In this document: positions 35,571 to 47,500 of the stretch, piece after piece | Layout: each line of letters starts with the position of its first letter | How positions within the stretch are numbered: position 1 is the stretch's first letter | From: Macrostomum hystrix | Lineage: Eukaryota > Animalia > Platyhelminthes | Assembly: GCA_950097015.1 (NCBI GenBank) | Contig: CATNEN010000038.1 | Location: 9,610,001-9,674,000 of the forward strand | Reading direction: 5' to 3' | DNA: 64,000 nucleotides | Notes under the pieces: generated by a model | Databases searched by the model: none | Told to the model about the DNA's origin: nothing | The model's input: only the letters and a program-made list of their open reading frames with translations | Translations under genes and position numbers: made by a program

Positions 35571-38500
35571 ATGAGGTCTTCAGGCTTCGTGATATCATTG
35601 ATTATCTTCGCTGCCTTCTGCGGCGTCTGGGTATTCAACAGTCCGGTTACTGCTGAAGGCACAAATAACAGTGTCACCTTTGGTATGCGTTAATAACGAG
35701 ACATCCAATCAACAATATTCCTCTCAGCAACACTCAGCCACTCTCACAATCCCCCATTCACTCTCACAATCCCACATTAACTCTCACAATCCCCCATTCA
35801 CTCTCACAATACCCCATTCACTCTCACAATACCCAATCCACTCTCACAATCCCCCATTCACTCTCACAATCCCACATTCACTCTCACAATCCCCCATTCA
35901 CTCTCACAATACCCAATCCACTCTCACAATCCCCCATTCACTCTCACAATCCCACATTCACTCTCACAATCCCCCATCCACTCTCACAATCCCCCATCCA
36001 CTCTCACAACCCCCATTCACTCTCACAATCCCACATTCACTCTCACAACCCCCATTCACTCTCACGATCCCCCATCCACCCTCACAATCCCCCATCCACT
36101 CTCGCAATCCCACATTCACTCTCACAATACCCAATCCACTCTCACAATCCCCCATTCACTCTCACAATCCCACATTCACTCTCACAATCCCCCATTCACT
36201 CTCACAATTCCACATTCACTCTCATAATCCCACATTCACTCTCACAATACCCAATCCACTCTCACAATCCCCCATCCACTCTCACAATTCCACATTCACT
36301 CTCACAATCCCACATTCACTCTCACAATACCCAATCCACTCTCACAATCCCCCATTCACTCTCACAATCCCCCATTCACTCTCACAATCCCCCATTCACT
36401 CTCACAATCCCCCATCCACTCTCACAATCCCCCATTCACTCTCACAATCCCCCATTCACTCTCACAATCCCCCATTCACTCTCACAATCCCCCATCCACT
36501 CTCGCAATCCCACATTCACTCTCACAATACCCAATCCACTCTCACAATCCCCCATTCACTCTCACAATCCCACATTCACTCTCACAATCCCCCATCCACT
36601 CTCACAATTCCACATTCACTCTCACAATCCCACATTCACTCTCACAATACCCAATCCACTCTCACAATCCCCCATCCACTCTCACAATTCCACATTCACT
36701 CTCACAATCCCCCATCCACTCTCACAATCCCGATCCAATTTTACGTATAAAATCCCCAATTGTGCTTCTAGTTATTGACACGTTAATATTTGCTACGGAA
36801 TAATCCCACAGCCCTGTTTTGGCCCGAGAGGTCGTCAGCTGCGGAGGCTAGCGACATGTTCGCGCAGATCTTTCAGCCCTGGCTATCGAAGGTGTGTCCG
36901 GAAGCTGGAAACCTGGCGGTGAAGTTCCAGCACTTCGCACTGCCACAGAGGATTGACATCGCCAGCTTGGATAAGGGTAGGAAGAGAGTTTTCACCAACC
37001 CTTCAAACAGATTGGTAAAAGGACAGATCCTTTAGCTGGGAACATCAGAACCTGTTAGACAGATCACAACCTGTTAGACAGATCCCAACCTGTTAGACAG
37101 ATCCCAACCTGTTAGACAGATCCCAACCTGTTAGACAGATTCCAGCCTGCTGGACAGATTCCAGCCTGCTGGACAGATCCCAGCCTGCTGGACAGATCCC
37201 AGCCTATTAGATAGATTCCAGCCTGCTGGACAGATTCCAGCCTATTAGATAGATTCCAGCCTGCTGGACAGATTCCAGCCTATTAGATAGATTCCAGCCT
37301 GCTGGACAGATCCCAACCTGTTAGACAGATTCCAGCCTGCTGGACAGATTCCAGCCTATTAGATAGATTCCAGCCTGCTGGACAGATTCCAGCCTATTAG
37401 ACAGATTCCAGCCTGCTGGACAGATCCCAGCCTATTAGATAGATTCCAGCCTGCTGGACAGATCCCAGCCTGCTAGACAGATCCCAGCCTATTACATATA
37501 TCCTAAAACCTGTTAGACAGATCCCAACCTGTTAGATAGATTCCAGCCTGCTAGACAGATCCCAGCCTATTAGATATATCCTAAAACCTGTTAGATAGAT
37601 CCCGACCAGTTAGACAGATCACAACCTGTTAGAAAAAGTCCCTCACCTTTGCTGGATCGATCTAACGAGGCCTCAAAATCCTCTGAACCCGCAGTGGCAT
37701 CCCAGCTGTCAGCCAGGCCGGTTCTGTTCGCATCGCTCCGGGAGGACCGGTCGCTGGCCAGCGCCTCGCCGGGAGCTGCCGAGCTGCTGCAGATCGCGGC
37801 TGCGACCTTGGCCTCGTCGAGCGCCGTCCTGTCTCCGCTGGAAATTCACGCCTTCGCGACGCCCAGCGGCCAAACTCTGGCCGAGCTGCTGCTGAAGGTT
37901 CTTCGCGTTGCCATGCGGTTGCCAAGCGGACCGGACAGCGCGACTGGCCGGCGGCTGGGCCTACTCATCGGGAAGCCCTTCAGCCTGGCAGATCTTCAGC
38001 CGGTCCTGGACGCCTTCGCCGGCCAGGTGTTCGTCCAGAGCATCGACATCGAGACCGAAACTTCGACCGCGGGCTCTTCAAGCGACGCCGCAGATGCCGG
38101 GACGACCGTGGGGGCGCTGGAGGCTTTGGCCGAGCGAGGCGTCACCGACCTTCTGGTGACTGCAAACCGGAGGGTGGCCCAGCGCCTGCTGCAGCTGTCC
38201 GTCATCACGCCGAGCTCCAGACCGCAAAATCGCTGGCTGATTTTCAACGGGGTAAGGAACAGGTAGCTCTCACAGCTTCCAGACGCTATTGTAATCTCTT
38301 ATCTTACCCTCCCATTTCCCACTTTACTCTCTCAGCCGTTCCTCTCTCCTGATTTACTCTGTTGTCGTTTCCTTTCTCACCCTTCCGCTCTACCACCCTG
38401 CCTCCCTGCAGGGCCTAATAGACTCATTGGGCGGCTCTCTATGGCCTAACCCATCGATGAACGTCACTTCGGTGGAGCTGCAGCAGCCGACTGGCGAAGC

Positions 38501-41500
38501 AGAGAGGCGCGTCCTTAGCAACAGAACGGACAGCTTCCTGTTGCACGACCAGCTCAAAATCTGGGCGCAGTACCTGGCCAGCCTGTATTGCAACTATGTG
38601 AGTAGCACAAGTCTCACAACACAAGCCTCACAACACAAAGCTCACAACACAAGCCTCACAGCACAAAGCTCACAACACAAGCCTCACAACACGAACCTCA
38701 CAACACAAACCTCACAACACAAGCCTCACAACACAAGCCTCACAGCACAAGCCTCACAACACAAGCCTCACAACACAAGCCTCACAACACAAGCCTCACA
38801 ACACAAGCCTCACAACACAACACAGACCTTACAGTAAAAACAGTAAAGTGGTTTCGTTCAGCAAATCACAGCTATGAATTCCCCACCCAGAGCTCGGTGG
38901 ACGAGGCCATTGTGCCGGGCCTCACGGGCGACTTTCTGCTGCACTCTAATGGCAGCGTGGAGCGGCTCAACTGGAAGTTCGATATCTACAGAGGACTGCT
39001 GGCTGAGGCGACTTTGGTTAGTGTCACATCGATTGAATGACTACCCACTGTAACCTCTGACATCCATCTGTAACCTCTGACACCCAACTGTAACCTCTGA
39101 CACCCAACTGTAACCTCTGACATCCATCTGTAACCTCTGACACCCAACTGTAATCTCTGATACCCCAGTGTAACCTCTGACACCCAACTGTAACCTCTGA
39201 TACCCCAGTGTAACCTCTGACACCCAACTGTAACCTTTGATACCCCAATGTAAGCTGATACCCAACTGTAACCTCTGACACCCCACTGCAACCTCTGACA
39301 CCCCACTGCAACCTCTGACACCCCACTGTAATATGTGATACCCAACTGTAATCTCTGACAGTACTAGTACAACCTCTGACACCCCACTGTAAAACTGCGA
39401 AGCCCCAATTTAACATTCTCTCGATCTAGTTTAGATTTAAGCCCAGTTCACTCACTCATCACTCCAACAGTGAGATTAATCAATGTTGAGCATATGCTGC
39501 TTATTTTCAGTTACATTTTCCTCTATATTCCTCTACAACAAACTGCCAACCATCGCCTTCACCAGTTCCGCCTGCTAAACTTTTGGCAAACAGAAAATTT
39601 CCAATTCTAAATTGGTCGCGTTCCTCCTGTCAATCAAGCTGCGCTTTAATGATCAATTTTTAACGGTGATTCTCAATTTGCCTCGGGTGCTCGCTTGGGA
39701 AGGTGCAGATGGCTTCAACTTGAACTGCTTTCTCGCATTTTCTACCACTGCTGCTAACACTTCCTTCACTCTTACCATTTATTCGAATCGAATATCTGTC
39801 ACTCCATCCGTCACTCCATCTGTCACTCCACCTGTCACTCCATCTGTCACTCCATCAGTCACTCCATCTGTCACTCCATCAGTCACTACATCTGTAACTC
39901 CATCTGTCACTATATCTGTCACTCCATCTGCCACTCTATCTGCCACTCCATCTGCGACTCCATCTGTCACTCCATCTGTCACTCCATCTGTCACTATATC
40001 TGCCACTTCATCTGCGACTCCATCTGTCACTCCATCTGCCACTCTATCTGTCACTCCATCTGTCACTCCATCTGTCACTCCATCTGTAAATTTTCTGTCA
40101 CTCAATCTTTCACTCCATCTTTCACCCAATCTGTCACTCAATCTTTCACTCCATCTGTCACTCCATCTGTCACTCCATCTTTCATTCAATCTGTCACTCC
40201 ATCTGTCACTATATCTTTCACTCCATCTTTGACTCTATCTGTCACTCCATCTGTCACTATATCTGTCACTCCATCAGTCACTACATCTGTCACTCAATCT
40301 TTCACTCCATCTGTCACTCCATCTGTCACTCCATCAGTCACTACATCTGTCACTCAATCTTTCACTCCATCTGTCACTCCATCTGTTACTCCATCTTTCA
40401 TTCCATTTGTCACTCCATCTGTCACTATATCTTTCACTCCATCTTTGACTCCATCAGTCACTCCATCTGTCACTCCATCTTTCACTCCATCTTTCACTCC
40501 ATCTGTCACTCCATCTGTCACTCCATCTTTCACTCCATCTTTCACTCCATCTTTCACTCCATCTGTCACTCCATCTGTCTTTCCATCTTTCACTCCATCT
40601 TTCACTCCATCTTTCACTCCATCTGTCACTCCATCTTTCACTCCATCTTTCACTCCATCTTTCACTCCATCAGTCACTACATCTGTCACTCAATCTTTCA
40701 CTCCATCTGTCACTATATCTGCCACTTCATCTGCGACTCCATCTGTCACTCCATCTGCCACTCTATCTGTCACTCCATCTGTCACTCCATCTGTCACTCC
40801 ATCTGTAAATTTTCTGTCACTCAATCTTTCACTCCATCTTTCACCCAATCTGTCACTCAATCTTTCACTCCATCTGTCACTCCATCTGTCACTCCATCTT
40901 TCATTCAATCTGTCACTCCATCTGTCACTATATCTTTCACTCCATCTTTGACTCTATCTGTCACTCCATCTGTCACTATATCTGTCACTCCATCAGTCAC
41001 TACATCTGTCACTCAATCTTTCACTCCATCTGTCACTCCATCTGTCACTCCATCAGTCACTACATCTGTCACTCAATCTTTCACTCCATCTGTCACTCCA
41101 TCTGTTACTCCATCTTTCATTCCATTTGTCACTCCATCTGTCACTATATCTTTCACTCCATCTTTGACTCCATCTGTCACTCCATCTGTCACTCCATCTT
41201 TCACTCCATCTTTCACTCCATCTTTCACTCCATCTGTCACTCCATCTTTCACTCCATCTTTCACTCCATCTTTCACTCCATCTGTCACTCCATCTGTCTT
41301 TCCATCTTTCACTCCATCTTTCACTCCATCTTTCACTCCATCTGTCACTCCATCTTTCACTCCATCTTTCACTCCATCTTTCACTCCATCAGTCACTACA
41401 TCTGTCACTCAATCTTTCACTCCATCTGTCACTATATCTGCCACTTCATCTGCGACTCCATCTGTCACTCCATCTGGCACTCTATCTGTCACTCCATCTG

Positions 41501-44500
41501 TCACTCCATCTGTCACTCCATCTGTAAATTTTCTGTCACTCAATCTTTCACTCCATCTTTCACCCAATCTGTCACTCAATCTTTCACTCCATCTGTCACT
41601 CCATCTGTCACTCCATCTTTCATTCAATCTGTCACTCCATCTGTCACTATATCTTTCACTCCATCTTTGACTCTATCTGTCACTCCATCTGTCACTATAT
41701 CTGTCACTCCATCTTTCACTCCATCTTTCACTCCATCTTTCACTCCATCAGTCACTACATCTGTCACTCAATCTTTCACTCCATCTGTCACTATATCTGC
41801 CACTTCATCTGCGACTCCATCTGTCACTCCATCTGCCACTCTATCTGTCACTCCATCTGTCACTCCATCTGTCACTCCATCTGTAAATTTTCTGTCACTC
41901 AATCTTTCACTCCATCTTTCACCCAATCTGTCACTCAATCTTTCACTCCATCTGTCACTCCATCTGTCACTCCATCTTTCATTCAATCTGTCACTCCATC
42001 TGTCACTATATCTTTCACTCCATCTTTGACTCTATCTGTCACTCCATCTGTCACTATATCTGTCACTCAATCTTTCACTCCATCTGTCACTCCATCAGTC
42101 ACTCCATCAGTCACTCCATCTGTCACTCCATCTGTCACTCCATCTGTCACTCCATCAGTCACTACATCTGTCACTCAATCTTTCACTCCATCTGTCACTC
42201 CATCAGTCACTCCATCTTTCACTCCATCTTTCACTCCATCTGTCACTCCATCTTTCACTCCATCTTTCACTCCATCTTTGACTCCATCTGTCACTCCATC
42301 TGTCACTCCATCTGTCACTCCATCTTTCACTCCATCTTTCACTCCATCTTTCACTCCATCTTTCACTCCATCTTTCACTCCATCTTTCACTCCATCTGTC
42401 ACTATATCTGTCACTCCATCTTTCACTCCATCTTTCACTCCATCTTTCACTCCATCTGTCACTATATCTGTCACCCCATGCTTCGCTGATATTTTAATCC
42501 CTCACCCTTAAATTTGCTGTCAGGTGGGCAGAATATCCTCTGACGGCGAGTTCAACATGACACAGCCTAATCAGCGTACAGGCTCCAGAGAGGAGGTTCT
42601 GAACGACTTTAAGCGAAGGACCTTGCGAGTGTTCACCATTCTGGTGAGGCTGCTCATGCACACGGTTGAATGATCCGAATATTTTTGCCATCATATTTTC
42701 CTCAGTGTGTCTTCCTAATATATTTTCCTAATGTCTCTTCCTAATATGTCTTCCTAATGTGTCTTCCTAATGTGTCTTCCTAATGTGTCTTCCTAATGTG
42801 TCTTCCTAATGTGTCTTCCTAATGTGTCTTCCTAATGTGTCTTCCTAATGTGTCTTCCTAATGTGTCTTCCAAATGTGTCTTCCTAATGTGTCTTCCTAA
42901 TGTCTCTTCCTAATGTGTCTTCCTAATGTGTCTTCCTAATGTGTCTTCCTAATGTCTCTTCCTAATGTCTCTTCCCAATGTGTCTTCCTAATGTGTCTCC
43001 GAATGTGTCTTCATAATGTGTCTTCCTAATGTGTCTTCCTAATGTGTCTTACTTATGTGTCTTCCTAACTTCCTAATGTGTCTTCCTTATGTGTCTTCCT
43101 AATGTGTCTTCCTAATGTGTCTTCCTTATTTGTCTTCCTAATGTGTCTTCCTAATGTGTCTTCCTAATGTGTCTCCGAATGTGTCTCCGAATGTGTCTTC
43201 CTAATGTGTCTTCCTAATGTGTCTCCGAATGTGTCTCCGAATGTGTCTTCCTAATGTGTCTTCCTAATGTCTCTTCCCAATGTGTCTTCCGAATGTGTCT
43301 TCCCAATGTGTCTTCCTAATGTGTCTTCCTAATGTGTCTTCCTAATGTGTCTCCGAATGTGTCTTCCTAATGTGTCTTCCTTATGTGTCTTCCTAATGTT
43401 TCTTCCTAATGTGTCTTCCTAATGTGTCTTCCTAATGTGTCTTCCTAATGTGTCTTCCTAATGTGTCTCCGAATGTGTCTTCCTAATGTGTCTCCGAATG
43501 TGTCTTCCTAATGTGTCTTCCTTATGTGTCTTCCTAATGTTTCTTCCTAATGTGTCTTCCTAATGTGTCTTCCTAATGTGTCTTCCTAATGTGTCTTCCT
43601 AATGTGTCTTCCTAATGTCTCTTCCCAATGTGTCTTCCTAATGTGTCTTCCTAATGTGTCTTCCTTATGTGTCTTCCTAATGTCTCTTCCCAATGTGTCT
43701 TACTTATGTGTCTTCCTAATGTGTCTTCCTAATGTGTCTTCCTTATGTGTCTTCCTAATGTTTCTTCATAATGTGTCTTCCTAATGTGTCTTCCTTATGT
43801 GTCTTCCTAATGTCTCTTCCCAATGTGTCTTACTTATGTGTCTTCCTAATGTGTCTTCCTAATGTGTCTTCCTAATGTGTCTTCCTAATGTGTCTTCCTA
43901 ATGTCTCTTCCCAATGTGTCTTCCTAATGTGTCTTCCTAATGTGTCTTCCTAATGTCTCTTCCCAATGTGTCTTCCTAATGTGTCTCCGAATGTGTCTTC
44001 ATAATGTGTCTTCCTAATGTGTCTTCCTAATGTGTCTTACTTATGTGTCTTCCTAATGTGTCTTCCTAATGTGTCTTCCTTATGTGTCTTCCTAATGTGT
44101 CTTCATAATGTGTCTTCCTAATGTGTCTTCATAATGTGTCTTCCTAATGTGTCTTCCTAATGTGTCTTCCTAATGTGTCTTCCTAATGTGTCTTCCTAAT
44201 GTGTCTTCCTAATGTATCTTCGAATGTGTCTCCGAATGTGTCTCCGAATGTGTCTTCCTAATGTGTCTTCCTAATGTGTCTTCCTAATGTGTCTTCCTAA
44301 TGTGTCTTCCTAATGTGTCTCCGAATGTGTCTTCCTAATGTGTCTTCCTAATGTGTCTTCCTAATGTGTCTTCCTAATGTGTCTTCCTAATGTGTCTTCC
44401 TTATTTGTCTTCCTTATTTGTGGTCCTAATGTGTCTCCGAATGTGTCTCCGAATGTGTCTTCCTAATGTGTCTTCCTAATGTGTCTCCGAATGTGTCTCC

Positions 44501-47500
44501 GAATGTGTCTTCCTAATGTGTCTTCCTAATGTGTCTTCCTAATGTGTCTTCCTAATGTGTCTTCCTAATGTGCCTTCCTAATGTATCTTCGAATGTGTCT
44601 CCGAATGTGTCTCCGAATGTGTCTTCCTAATGTGTCTTCCTAATGTGTCTTCCTAATGTGTCTTCCTAATGTGTCTTCCTAATGTGTCTCCGAATGTGTC
44701 TTCCTAATGTGTCTCCGAATGTGTCTTCCTATTGTGTCTTACCGATGTCTCTTCTTTATATCTCTTACCAATGTCTCTTCCTATAATGTGTCTTCCCAAT
44801 CTATCATCTCACTGTCTCTTTCTCCTTATTTGTGCTCAATAATTCGAGTTAAAGCCCCAAAACAAACGGCAACGTCCTTTCCTATAAGTTCTATATTTAG
44901 ACCAAAACTTCGCAGACAAGGCATTGCATGCTCAGTAAGTTGTTTACAACTAAGTGGAGCCCATCCAGTTTTATAAAATTGCTTAACTCAAAACACTGTG
45001 AAAAATACCCGTAAAAGTTAAAAAGCGATGTCCAGAACAGACAGACTGATAGTATTTGTGTTACTCACAACTGATGACTTTTCAAGTCATTCTCCCTGTT
45101 TTCACAGCCATTCATGTCAACCTTGATGTATACAAATTGTACAGGAGGGCCCGTATGTTCGCTTCAAACCTGGGCTGGAGAACCGAACCGACCTGCCGTT
45201 GAAGAACCGACTCGAGGGCTTCAGCTACGACCTGTGCCTTCGAGTGCTGGACAGACTGGGCGTGAGTTCAGGATGAACTGCTCATTGTTAGTAGGGCCAC
45301 TGCCGAGTTCCAAAGTTCGACAAAAATTGCGAAGCCAGTTTCCTGAGATAGCGAGTTCCCATTAGGAAGCCAGTTCCCCCCTGGTAGCCAGTTCCCATTA
45401 GGAAGCCAGTTCCCCCCTGGTAGCCAGTTCCCATTAGGAAGCCAGTTCCCCCCTGGTAGCCAGTTCCCCTCAGGATGCCAGTTCCCCTCAGGATGCCAGT
45501 TCCCCTTAGGAAGCCAGTTCCCCTCAGGAGCCAGTTCCCCTTAGGAAGCCAGTTCCCCTCAGGATGCCAGTTCCCCTCTGGAGCCAGTTCCCCTTAGGAA
45601 GCCAGTTCCCTTTAGGAAGCCAGTTCCCCTCAGGATGCCAGTTCCCCTCAGGAGCCAGTTCCCCTTAGGAAGCCAGTTCCCCTCAGGAAGCCAGTTCCCC
45701 TCAGGAGCCAGTTCCCCTTAGGAAGCCAGTTCCCCTCAGGATGCCAGTTCCCCTCAAGAAGCCAGTTCCCCTATGGTTGCCAGTTCCCCTCAGGTAGCCA
45801 TGCAGTTCCCCTCAGGAAGCCAGTTCCCCTCAGGAAGCCAGTTCCCCTCAGGATGCCAGTTCCCCTCTGGAGCCAGTTCCCCTTAGGAAGCCAGTTCCCT
45901 TTAGGAAGCCAGTTCCCCTCAGGATGCCAGTTCCCCTCAGGAGCCAGTTCCCCTTAGGAAGCCAGTTCCCCTCAGGAAGCCAGTTCCCCTCAGGAGCCAG
46001 TTCCCCTTAGGAAGCCAGTTCCCCTCAGGATGCCAGTTCCCCTCAGGAGTCAGTTCCCCTCAGGAGCCAGTTCCCCTCAGGAGCCAGTTCCCCTCAGGAG
46101 CCAGTTCCCCTCAGGAGCTAGTTCCCCTCAGGAGCCAGTTCCCCTCAGGATGCCAGTTCCCCTCAAGAAGCCAGTTCCCCTATGGTTGCCAGTTCCCCTC
46201 AGGTAGCCATGCAGTTCCCCTCAGGAAGCCAGTTCCCCTCAGGAAGCCAGTTCCCCTCAGGATGCCAGTTCCCCTCAGGAGTCAGTTCCCCTCAGGAGCC
46301 AGTTCCCCTCAGGAGCCAGTTCCCCTCAGGAGCCAGTTCCCCTCAGGAGCTAGTTCCCCTCAGGAGCCAGTTCCCCTCAGGAGTCAGTTCCCCTCAGGAG
46401 CCAGTTCCCCTCGGGAGCCAGTTCCCCTCAGGATGCCAGTTCCCCTCAGGAGCCAGTTACCCTCAGGAAGCCAGTTACCCTCAGGAAGCCAGTTACCCTC
46501 AGGAAGCCAGTTCCCCTCAGGAAGCCAGTTCCCTTTAGGAAGCCAGTTCCCCTCAGGAAGCCAGTTACCCTCAGGAAGCCAGTTCCCCTCAGGACGCCAG
46601 TTCCTATCAGGAAGCCAGTTCCCCTCAGGAAGCCAATTCCCTTTAGGAAGCCAGTTCCCCTCAGGAAGCCAGTTCCCCTCAGGAAGCCAGTTCCCCTCAG
46701 GAAGCCAGTTCCCCTCAGGAAGCCAGTTCCCCTCAGGAAGCCAGTTCCCCTCAGGAAGCCAATTCCCCTCACGATGCCAGTTCCCTATCAGGAAGCCAGT
46801 TCCCCTCAGAAGGCCAGTTCCCTATCAGGAAGCCAGTTCCCCTCTGGTAGCCAGTTCCCCTCAGGAAGCCAGTTCCCCTCAGGAAGCCAGTTCCCATCAG
46901 GAAGCCAGTTCCCATCAGGAAGCCAGTTCCCCTTAGGAAGCCAGTTCCCCTCAGGAGCCAGTTCCCCTCAGGAAGCCAGTTCCCCTCAGGAAGCCAGTTC
47001 CCCTCTGGAGCCAGTTCCCCTTAGGAAGCCAGTTCCCCTCAGGAAGCCAGTTCCCCTCAGGAAGCCAGTTCCCCTCAGGAAGCCAGTTCCCTTTAGGAAG
47101 CCAGTTCCCCTCAGGAAGCCAGTTCCCCTCAGGAAGCCAGTTCCCCTCAGAAAGCCAGTTCCCCTCAGGAAGCCAGTTCCCCTCAGGAAGCCAGTTCCCT
47201 TTAGGAAGCCAGTTCCCCTCAGGAAGCCAGTTCCCCTCAGGAAGCCAGTTCCCCTCAGGAAGCCAGTTCCCCTCAGGAAGCCAGTTCCCCTCAGGATGCC
47301 AGTTCCCCTCAGGAAGCCAGTTCCCCTCAGGATGCCAGTTCTCCTCAGGAGCCAGTTTCTGAGACAAGTTGATTTACTTGTCAATCAAATGCAAGGAAAA
47401 CAGCTTCAATATTCTTTAGATCACTGACTTCAAGGTGGAATTTCAAAACGACTCGGTGTACGGCGACATTGTGAAAGGCCACTGGAATGGCCTAGTCCAG

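Noticed and set aside
34662-47427. Long periodic ORFs (QQKC, VTPS mucin-like, SQFPSG, LTIPHS)
   Set aside because: Open in several frames and on both strands as a by-product of stop-free repeat units; most lie in introns bounded by frame-consistent GT-AG sites.
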